A stretch of 64,000 nucleotides of DNA from Balanoglossus misakiensis (lineage: Eukaryota > Animalia > Hemichordata): positions 11,282,286-11,346,285 of the forward strand of contig CM082581.2 in NCBI GenBank assembly GCA_040954595.2, written 5' to 3'. This document shows, one piece after another, positions 39,092 through 49,769 of this stretch; position 1 is the first letter of the stretch; every line of letters begins with the position of its first letter. A model generated the notes under the pieces. The model had not been told where the DNA came from and did no database searches. It saw nothing but the letters and a program-made list of their open reading frames with translations. A program made the translations under genes and the position numbers.

Positions 39092-42000
39092 ATGGATCTA
39101 GATATTTCATCAGGATTATTGTCCATGTCGATGATTGTCGTAGTAATTTGTTTGTCTTATTATTCTGTTCACGGATACGGTATCCATTCATCGAATCTTA
39201 CAGGCAGAATTATTATTAGTATGAAGTCTGTAAGGTATTTCCGCCTCACTGAATTAATGCAAGAACGTGGACAATTAATCCGACAGTCTTTCAACTCGTC
39301 AGTAAGACCCAGCGTTTGAATAGAAGAAGTGCTAATGGGATATGAAATAAAATCATTAATGTGTGTTCGACAAGATGATCAAGGACTCAAAGCTTTTGTA
39401 GTGACGAACTAGATAATAAGAAGCGCTGCCTGAAATCTATTTTCTATTCGATCAGTTAGTTGTCAGTGAAATTGTTTCCCAAGATGATGAAATGGAATGG
39501 TGTCTGTTACCAGGGGAGACCGAATTCGTTGTCCATTGGACATTCCTAATTAGATTATGAGCGAATTCCCCCAATGTCAACAGTAATTAATTACTTGATT
39601 CATAATGTACTTACACGTGTCAGGTTATAAACCAGGGCAGCTCTTAATCATGTCATTGCTTTCGCCGACATAAATTGTTATCTACAAATTGCTGTCGTGT
39701 ATAGTGACTTCTTTCTAATTTGTTCCCAAAGAGTCTTCATCCTAGTTGGTTAATTTGATATTCTCTCGTCCCGTGTTGCCGAACACCGCCAAATACCGCA
39801 GTAGTACAAATGCATCCTGTCGATACGGATCAGGTCACGATCGTGAAGGTGTAGTGTGCAGCTCAAAGGTAGGAGTCATATTTGTTTCTTGGATCCGGAG
39901 TTTCGGTTAATTTTCGAATTCATTATGAATGGATTATTGAAGCGTGATTAATTACAAAATATACGAGGACAAAAGTTATTACAACTTAGCATACGCATAA
40001 GGAGAAAAAGCTGGTTGAGGTTAAGAGATATTTGTGTAGTTATTTTAGCTTCACAATTCTTCGCTAATTTTTCACCTGGGGTCATAGCTGCACTCTTACA
40101 AAATGTTTAAATTAAAATTTCAGATGTGTAACCATAATTTATTCTAAGAAATCATTTTGTTCCGTAAATCCCATCGGGGAAATGATTGTAAATGTCGGGT
40201 TCACTTTATTCAAATTTATGATTTTAGTTGCCGTTGGCTATTTGTGAAAAGCTAGCTTCTCTTTTTTCAATCGTCAATGAGGTGAAGTACTCTATGACGC
40301 CAATTAAAACATTTTCTTGTCTCGCCGTATTACAGAAATTGGAGTAATCTGAAGGAGACAGTTGTCTATATGTGACAGTGTACGATCTCACCGGCATCGT
40401 ATTTATACAAACGGAGATGGGTTTGTGTTTGCTAAGAATCCTGATCGTCTGTTCCGTAGCAGGTACGTACACATTCTTCCGTTGACATGTGCAGAGCGGG
40501 TATAAGTTAATTCAGACATAAGTACAATGTATTCTACTTTCGAGTTTAAATGGCACGCATTTATTACAATTATGGCATTTTAATATCCCGAATCGTGATT
40601 GCTTTAAAGAACTGCAGAGACTTGACTGTTGTGTTTAAAATTTCACATTCAACCTTGCAGCAACCATCGAAGGTCATGAAATTGAAGAGAGACTGCAGAA
40701 AGATCTCTTTGCAAATTATAGTAAACATGCAAGACCTGCCGAAGAGGACGAACTACTCCCCTTGCAATTTCAGTTGTGGATTAACTTACTCTTGGATGTG
40801 GTAAGTAACGTCTTCCTGATGTTTGGTAATTGATACATATAGATTTTATGCCACTCGGACTACTGGCTTTCGATATGTGATATTTCCTACCATTTCATGT
40901 GGTATAGTTTGATAATTATTATAGATTTGTGTATTTTTTCAGGATGAAAAACGACAGATTATAATTACAAGCGGTTGGATCGAACTGGTGGGCATTTTCC
41001 TTTTTATTTAAACTTTTCCCTAAATGTCCGAATGGTTGTTTACTATCAATTATTCTCAAGTCGCGTAAACATTCTGTAGATAGTCAAGATCACAATGAAA
41101 TGCATTCATGAAATGTGTTGTAGAGATAATTACATAGTGTACAATCACATTCAATTCATTTTCTTCCAGGGTTGGGTGGATTCTCGTTTACAATGGAACG
41201 AAACCGAAGTTGGCCTGAAACGAACAATCGTTCCCACAGATTGGATCTGGACGCCCGACATAGTTCTCGTTAATAGGTTTGTAATTTATCTTCTGAATAA
41301 CCAGTTTGTAAAGTGTAAGCGTGACCAATACTCATTGTTATGGTACCTTCAACTAATATACATGTATGCCACCAGGATGAACAGGCCCAGTCAAGGTTGA
41401 GAAAGTATTTATATATTTATCTGAGATATATAATCGATCAAATGACGCGGATCGATGTAATTGATCGAGACAAAACCAATTTTATTTTTTGGTCTGTAGC
41501 GCAAACAAGGACTACGCCCTACCCACTTCCAAACGGGTTGTGTTGAACGCCGATGGCTTCATCTCTTTACCGCCGACTGCAGTATTCGAAACACCGTGTG
41601 CCATTGACATCAGACACTTCCCGTTCGACATTCAACATTGTCAATTGATCTTCGAATCGTGGACTTACACTACAGAGGAGCTGGTGATGCGTTTGAAGAG
41701 TGATGACGTCAGACTTGAGGGTTTCACCGAGAACACAGAATGGGACATTATAAACAGCACAGCTGAATCTCGTATTAATTTTTACTTCGGAATGTACGAA
41801 TCGAGTTGGTCTAGAGCCCATTACACCATCGTCTTAGCACGACGACCATTGTATTACATCATTAATATCGTCCTGCCTTGCGTTTTGTTGGGAGTATTGA
41901 CTCTGTTCGTCTTTTGGCTTCCTTGCGATTCTGGTGAGAAGATATCCTTCAGTGTTTCTATTTTGATTGCTTTGTCGGTTTTCTACTTGTTGGTAGGCAG

Positions 42001-42701
42001 CATTATGCCGTCTTCGGACAGCGTGCCATTAATCGTCCGCTACCTGCTTTACAACACGTTCTTCGTCGCTACCTCTGTGCTCACAAACGTCATCGTCCTC
42101 AGACTGCATCACCAACCTTCAAATAATCGTTCCATGGACAGAACCACCCAAAAAATCTTCCTGGAAATCTTGCCCAGAATGTTATTTCTCCCCGCGTATG
42201 AAAGCAAATGTGAGAGTATCCCCTCTCAGGATGAGTACACGACAGAAGACAAGGAAATGATGCGCTGCACGACAACAGCAACCACTCAGCCAGACAAGAT
42301 CATCCTCGGAGTTTTCCCGAAAGCAGAAAACGAAGTCTCTAATGTCACGGAAGGAGGAAATCCAGAAGCGCTTTCGTTGTTAAGGCAACTGACCCGGGAT
42401 GTAAAGTTTCTGAAGAACGAAGTGCAGAGTGAGAAAAAAGAAAGCAAGGTAATTTAAAGGCAGCACCTTCAAGTTCGACGTCTCATGCTAATTATAACAC
42501 AATTCAATATATTTGCTTCTCTTCAACGATACGCTAATACAACATAAAGATGCCCTGGTTTGACCACAAAACCTTGTTTTTTTTCAGATGTCCGGAAAAT
42601 GGAAATACCTGGCCGTCGTCGTCGATCGTCTCTTCTTCATGATAAACTGCGTTTCTTATGTGATCGCCACTACAGTTGTGTTCTTTGATCACGAAGATTA
42701 A
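39092..42701 (+). CDS. Nicotinic acetylcholine receptor-like subunit C, non-alpha type (no vicinal Cys), ~480 aa, 6 coding exons
   Basis: Exons 39092-39179 (signal peptide; weak donor GTATCC), 40661-40800 (140), 40943-40987 (45), 41170-41276 (107), 41500-42448, 42588-42701; total 1443 nt. Cys-loop CAIDIRHFPFDIQHC, loop C NFYFGMYESSW, M2 GEKISFSVSILIALSVFYLLVGS, M4 KWKYLAVVVDRLFF. A probable upstream non-coding exon ends at 38431 (CAG|GTAAGC). Confidence 0.9.
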
Positions 42702-44234
42702 ATGTTGTAATCAGGCTAGTATTGTAAAAATTTAAAGACTCTTATTTATAACTAAATTTAAAAGCGCTGTTAGAGTTACTGGTGCAGCCAAGCATGCTAG
42801 CGATGCTATTCTAATGGTCTGCGTTAAGATACATATTGTAGTTTCTTGTCAATAAGTGCGCATTTGCATATTTAACGAACTCTTGTACTAATAGGTGGAA
42901 CATGTCTAGAATTAGTGCACGAAATTGATGTCTATTACATATATTGATCTCCCCAAAATTTGTGTTGAGACCTATTCAACCAAAGACTATAATCTACTTG
43001 TGGATAGTCTGAGAACAAGTTCAACTCCGATACAATCTTCATTGTGTGTATAATATTATATATATGAAGTCATACCGTAGTATTTCTGTACGTATCTGTG
43101 TCTGTTGGTAAATTACAGTACTAAAGGTTGATATATAAATCATGTAAAATTTTCACAATGTTGACGTTAACTGGTTATGTATGTGCATAACAGAAAGTGA
43201 ATAAAAGTTTGATCAGTTTCTCGTGTTAACGTGTAAACTCATATCGACAAATTGCCAGGATGTAAAATCCATATAGGTGTCATGGAAACATTTCTTGCAT
43301 GAAATGAAATTGTCAGACATGTGGCCTCTGGGACCTTTGCCACCGTAATGAGTTTAACTAACCGTGTGCTTTTGTGCCACTCTTGATAAAAGTAAGGCTG
43401 TGGCAAAAATAAAGCGTATTTATTACTATTCTAATGGTCAACCGAAAGCAAATAATGTCTTTTACAGCAAGTCGGTAATGAAAACACAAACATTTTAATA
43501 TATGCGAAAACAACACACAACTGTGATTAGAAGCATGATTGTTAAAGACATCGTCGCTGTACATTGTTTTATTTTCAGTACAAAATACGACTAACTGAAG
43601 GAATGCAGGAACATCACATTTTTCTTATTTAAGAATTCAGGAGAAACTTTAAGTTGTCAAGTAATGATAAATTCCACTAAGAGACCTAAAATTTGATATA
43701 ATTAAACGTTACACACATTAAAAAAATATCTCGACCTTCTCTATTTAAAAAGGCCGGACGGATCACACACTATTACCAGTATAGAATGTGTTGAGTTATA
43801 TACATATGTAGAAATCAAACATCTTTGAAACATGAAGATGTACATTAAACTATCTAAATTCGTTCTTTGGTTGAAAATATAATTTGGTATAATACAATCC
43901 TCGATTATGCAGTTAAAATATACATGTACAATTAAAAATACAATGTACCGGTATAGTGTTTTATACAAGTACACATATCTCACATGTATCTACAGAAATA
44001 CGGGTTAACGTGTGTAACTCTAAGACTACTGACTGTAAGGTTTCGATTAGTAGTCAGTAAAAAAACGGGTTCCTTTACATTACGACTGTCGTCGTTGTGA
44101 CCCAATCTATCGCAAATAGCTAAATGTTTCTGTGGCTGTACATGGAAAGTAAAGTAAACATCTTGACAGTTCAACCACAGACAGTACTGTCTATGGTTCA
44201 ACTCATATATTTGTGACATTTGTACTGAGGTCTT

Positions 44235-47200
44235 TCAAACCGACGTTCTGTCCTCATCGGATCTGGTCTTGGATGCAGGACTGGTTCTGAACGTAGGACA
44301 AAATGGTAAGTAACGACAGATTTTCCATTTTCGAATGCACGGCATGCAGAACGGTATATCATACGTCTTTTTTCTCCTTGCATGGCGGTTGCTATTTGCA
44401 GTATTGTTCGCTTCGTGCTTTTTACGCCACGTGGTCATTCCCCTTTCATTTAACGATCCTGAAATCCAAGAAGCATGAAGTTTCCGATGGTCAAATTACG
44501 TGTGGTAACTTCTATACCACTGCACACGCAATTGTCAAAGATACTAAGAACAATGACCAAAGATACAACTCACATCGTCCAAAGACATCACATTATTACC
44601 GAGCTCGGAGGCCAAATCATCACTTTTAACAACAATGAGAATGTACGAAAACATTGCTCACCCGGAATTGTGTTGTCCAATAGGAATCCTACAACACCGG
44701 CAATCAGCATTCCAGTTTTGCAAATTATTGTTAAAACCTGATCTCCTTCGACACTACCTGTTTTAATTGATACGGAGAATGGTGTTTAGAAAAAAATATA
44801 AGTTTCCACTGTGTAAATTCTGACCTATTAAACCATTGGAAAAATCAGGCAAAATCGACAAAAGAATTACCCGTGCTGATGGCACCAGGATTTCTCTGGA
44901 AATATTCCGGTATTATGACTCCAGACGACACGGCCAGTCCGAAGATGCAGAGGTTCCTGGTGGAATTCATGTCCGTGTACTGGAGGTTGGAGACGCCCAC
45001 GGATAAGATAAAACCTGACAAAGACAAATTCCATCACGTGGTTACCACCTTTTGAAATATGACTTCAACTACCGATCAGTGATACTTTCAATTAATTAAT
45101 CACACAATGCCCAGTTTGCTGTCATCTCAAATTTGAACGAGATCGACGGCAGTGACGGTCATGGCCATGGCCACTGATGCGAGCATACATGTATCGACCC
45201 AGGTCACCAGGTTTTACTTAAAACCTGTATTAAAATAACTCACAGAATGTGTATACCAATCATTTTGTATAGTAACATACCTGCCAAAACCCAAAAGATT
45301 CCACCAATTATTGGAGTTGGCAAGGACACTATGATCGCAGCTACCTTTCCCATCAGAGCAAAGACAAATAACAAGACACTCGTCCATTGAATAACGCGAC
45401 GGCTTCCAACCTATTATATTCAATAGATATGAAAATTAATCGAACGCAAAATGTGTTGGCGGATAGGACTTTATTGCTTCCAGGACACATTCCTGACGCT
45501 CAAGTCCTTTTAAGCGACTGGGCCATTGTTCTTTTTTTTATTCACCTTGTATCCGTTTCCCATGTACAGGGGGACATTTTCAAAATGGCGGCGCTCACTC
45601 GAATACAAGCGACACGACTGAATCCTACTTGTGTTCATACCTTGGTGATGGCTATGGCACCGATGTTAGCCGAGTATGACGTCACTCCTATAGACCCCCA
45701 CATGCCTGCAATCATACAGGCGATACCTTCAACGCCAATGCCACGGTTGATGGCGTGAGCGGGAACCTGTGGTGCACCACTCATCTTGGCACATGCGTGG
45801 TAGTCACCGACCGACTCGATGACGGACGCCATCACACCGGCGCTCATACCGACCGTGGCAGCGATACTGACTGTCGGTAAACCCCACCTGACTAGCGAGA
45901 GAAAGGAAAATAAATCGCTTACCAATAAATCATTTTCAAAGCATTAATGCTCAGTGCTTTAATCTTCCACAACATATTGTAACTGAAATTATGTCAGACT
46001 GAGGTCCCTGTGCTCTTAGCTCAGATAAAGACAAGCAAGTCATGTCTTTAGGTTTATGCAGGAAAGGTTTCTGTAGACTCTTTACTCACATGGAATTGGG
46101 AACCAAAACCAGGGAAAGTGGGCAACATCATCTTGGTGAACGTCTGTTCTGGCAAAATACCCTGGTTCGTCAGGATCATCAGGGAATACGTTAGTTATAG
46201 TCAGTATAAAACAAAAGAACCACGTGACACCAATCGACAACAAAACCTAAAAGTGTAAAAACAGTCTTCGAGTGAAAGTCAGTCTCTCTTGCAGATACCA
46301 TACGAATGAAGCGTGATGTTTTCATCCCTGTTACCGCATGTTTTATTGATTTTCAGATTCAGATTCGGATTCAGATTCAGAATCAGAACCTGAATCTAAT
46401 CTGAATCTTAATGGGGGTTTTCCTATAAATCACATCCACAAAAATGTGTTCTTTGACTAGATATAAACGTGCAAGGTGTCTTTGTGTAGAGAACTTACTG
46501 GAAATAATGCAAAGATCTTAGCACTGCTCGTATAGCACTTCCTTTTCCTCAGTTTACACCAGGGATATAATACGTTGACATTGCGAAGATACTGTGAAAA
46601 TATCACAACTAACGCCATCGCCCTGAGGAGACGTAAAACAAAACACACATGACAACTCACGTTCAATCCGCATTTGCAAATCAAGCGTTTTGTTGATTCT
46701 TACACATGACCTAACATTTAGTTTCAATAAACTGTTTAAAATGAATCATTTCGATGAATTATCAAGTTTTCTCGTTTCATAAAAGTTTACCCTCAAACTG
46801 ATTTATCATCTTTGCTGTGCATTTTTGTGTGTGCGAAGACAAATTGATTGAAAACGACGCTATATTTTACAGGAGTGGTGTAAACATTCACAAACTAGAC
46901 AGACAGTAACTCACATGAAGGAGATTCCCCAATGCTTACTAGCGCTGTTCAGTCCAATAATGCAAAGGTTCAGTCCGATCAGAGTCAATGTCGGGGCCAC
47001 CGTCAGTGGTCCAATGTATCGAAGAAGCAAACCGACGATACCCGAGAAGCCGAGAACAAGTTGGAAACACGCAGCTACCAATGTCGCCCCTTGGATCTGT
47101 AAAATATCATGTGACTGTTCAGCGCAACAGAAAGGCCACCCACTGGACCGTGACACTGGAAATGAATTGCACATCTTGCCTTTGAAAGGGGGGTGTCGAC

Positions 47201-48344
47201 ATAGATGAACCACGCAATAACGTCTAGAACACATTACGAAAACTGTGTCCATAATAGTCCCAAGTCGGGTGTTGTTTATCTTGTCTACAGTGCAAGACTC
47301 GCGTTGCTTACCTCTTTTATCCTGTCCGCATAAGTGGCATCATTAGGTTCATAATAGTGTGTTAGGTTCGACGTGTTGTTAACTGTAAACAACAACAAAA
47401 GGGTTACAATAACTAACAGGAACGGACACCAACGGAAACATGTTCAAAAGTACATTCGTGGGACGTACCCGAATATGTGTAATTTTCGCTGTCGCTGGTA
47501 GTAATCTCTTTGCATTTCCATTGTGGCATTCCCATGATAATTGTGGCGGGAATGTAGAGAGAGCCAGCCACTCCTTGGATGATTGGTAATCTGTGACACG
47601 CAATCATAATAATGATATTAAGAATTTGACAATAGCAATAAATAAACCCCCATGTCCCTGGGTTGCAAAGAAACACCCTAACCAAACTACACATACATAA
47701 ACACATCCACCTATGCATGCATTTACATGTATATAAACTTAATCAAGCTTGCTTTTCGTCCATCAAAACACTTCACTGAGGCAATGTTTGGAGCCGGCCC
47801 TCCGAAATTAGTTTCGCCTTAGTCTTGGATATTTAATACACACTTTAGTGGACAAACCTGGATCCAAATGTCGACTGCAAGAAGGTGCCTATAGATTCTG
47901 CAAAGACTGTAGCACTAAACAGTTGGCCAAGAACAGCGGGCTGGTCCTCTTGTGGCACGCAGAACATATGCACCATGAGGACGGGGTACACCAAAGCACT
48001 GCTAAACATTGTCAAGTGTTGCTGTAAGATGAAAAAAGTTTTTTTTTTACAAAATATCCCAATATGCTAAGCACGTCTTCGTTCAAAAAATAAGTTCACT
48101 CCCACCATGCACGTACCTGAAGACCGAACACAAGACAAGAATACCAAGGCGGTATATCTTCAATACTGTACTTCAGGTCTGCATTGTATTCGTCGTCTAC
48201 CTCGCTGTCAATCTCCTTGAGGTTTTCTGATGCATCCGGTTCCTCCAGACTCTCCGCCATTTTGTCTGTTGCATGGTCGGCGGAATTATACTGATGATGA
48301 TTGTGAACATCATTCATTTCCAGTTGGGCATCGGTGTCGCCCAT
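44235..48344 (-). CDS. SLC23-family (nucleobase-ascorbate transporter, NAT/NCS2) protein, 630 aa, 12 coding exons
   Basis: Exons 48344-48117, 48021-47858, 47590-47469, 47382-47312, 47096-46915, 46622-46499, 46246-46090, 45891-45641, 45410-45281, 45014-44871, 44757-44662, 44458-44235; total 1893 nt, phases consistent. Motifs YSIEDIPPWY, RLPIIQG, LLRYIGPLTVAP, IESVGDYHACA, HAINRGIGVEG, SYSANIGAIAITKVGSRRV, DMNSTRNL, FLLDNTIPG, YLPFCPTF. C-terminus RTSV is PDZ-ligand-like. Confidence 0.94.
46354..46408. repeat. Fold-back hexamer microsatellite in an SLC23 intron
   Basis: (CAGATT)n-like units followed by complementary (AATCTG)n-like units. Confidence 0.75.
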
Positions 48345-49342
48345 CTCAGTCTATTTTGGCCGGTCAGGTGAAATAAATAAAAAATAACCGAAGAAAGTAA
48401 CGTAAAGAAAACAATATGATTGTTTTAACAGTCAGATGGTAAACATTAAAAGCGAAGAACAAAAAGCAAAATAAGGCATTTGCTTAGCCAGGAAATTCGA
48501 AGGACGAGGTTGATTTTTAAAATGGACCCAAGTTGCATGAATCTTGACACTGTGTCTCATGCAAAGTATCTCATGGCGTGCCAGAAAACGTGAGATATTG
48601 GCCAGGGTGACTTGATTGGTCTTATTGTGCCCTGTCGGCAAATAACATTGATTTGTTGGGGGAGGGGGTTAAGACACTTATGTAATAAGTGATTGATTTG
48701 TTGTGGGATCATGCAATGTTATCTGCAGCCAGCCAATTATCGCGAACAACACACAGTCCAGGCCCCCCGGCATGATGACTATTACACAGTTTACACGCCA
48801 CAGTGCACAGAACTAACTATCTCTAATCTTGTACTGTGGGTGACACAGTCATGAGAGTGTATCAGTGCCTCTTGGTGATGAGACATTTTCGGAATGCCGC
48901 AGGTTAGACAGAATACGAGCTGTGTATTTTTAGAACATTAATAGATTAGGGTAGGTGAACTTAGGTACAAAACTTCTGGCGTCATGCACATTTCGTCTTG
49001 TACTTTGAAAAAGTTGTTTGCTATTTCTAGTACCTTGAAACATTACCTGAACATTTTAACAATATACCCAAGGAGTATGTACATGTACTAATGTGGGGCT
49101 GTGGACCATTTGAATTTTCATTTTATGTTATTAGCAGCGTAAATCTGCCGTATTCACTTTTCACGTTTGCCAATATGACATAACAACTCAGAGCCTCCTT
49201 TGAGCGAATCTTAAGTCTCTTTCATGGCATGACTGGCCAAATATTTGTACAGCAAAAGAACCCACAACATGTCACCTGTGTATTCGTCCGCTGTAACCCA
49301 GCCAGACGTAAAAACCGCGTTGTGACCTTCGATTATTCGAGC

Positions 49343-49371
49343 CACGGTCACTCCACAGTGGAGTGACCGTG
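49343..49371. repeat. Perfect 29-bp palindrome
   Basis: CACGGTCACTCCAC-A-GTGGAGTGACCGTG (14-bp arms, 1-nt spacer). Confidence 0.95.
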
Positions 49372-49744
49372 TTAGAGCTCAAGTCACGAATATAAAACAC
49401 CCATGTTGTACCAGACGGTTCGTCAACAAACTGATCAAATTATCTGTACATTGTAAACGAGATTAATTGATCAGTGCAAATCGCTCAACGCCAAGTGATG
49501 AAGACAGGCCGCTATCAATGAGTTACAGGTCTGCGTGATCCAACCACAAACACTCAGATTGACATGCTCCTAAAACCTGCAATTACGCTGTGATTTATAG
49601 ACAAACACCCATCACACAAAGTTGACTTACAGAGCCAGATCCTTAAAATATGTCAACATGTAACATTCGTTTGCATAGCTATGGAGAATATCATGATTGA
49701 TAGCATGGACCCGCATTTACTTGTTTGCTTGTTTCGTTGCATAA

Positions 49745-49769
49745 GGGGGGGGGGGGGGGGGGGGGGGGG
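49745..49769 (+). repeat. Poly-G tract (25 nt)
   Basis: G25 read directly from the sequence. Confidence 0.95.

Noticed and set aside
22555-39092. REST/NRSE silencer near the receptor genes
   Set aside because: No TTCAGCACC-NN-GGACAG match found by eye.
16790-42001. Anion-selective ACh receptors
   Set aside because: All three keep Glu at -1' and lack the Pro-Ala motif of anion channels.
15868-42701. Direct orthology to the vertebrate CHRNA5-A3-B4 cluster, or naming as CHRNA7/9
   Set aside because: The orientation differs and the three genes share derived motifs, which suggests local duplication. Symbols are withheld without a tree.
49354-49395. V(D)J-type recombination signal (CACAGTG heptamer)
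   Set aside because: No ACAAAAACC-like nonamer at 12- or 23-bp spacing.
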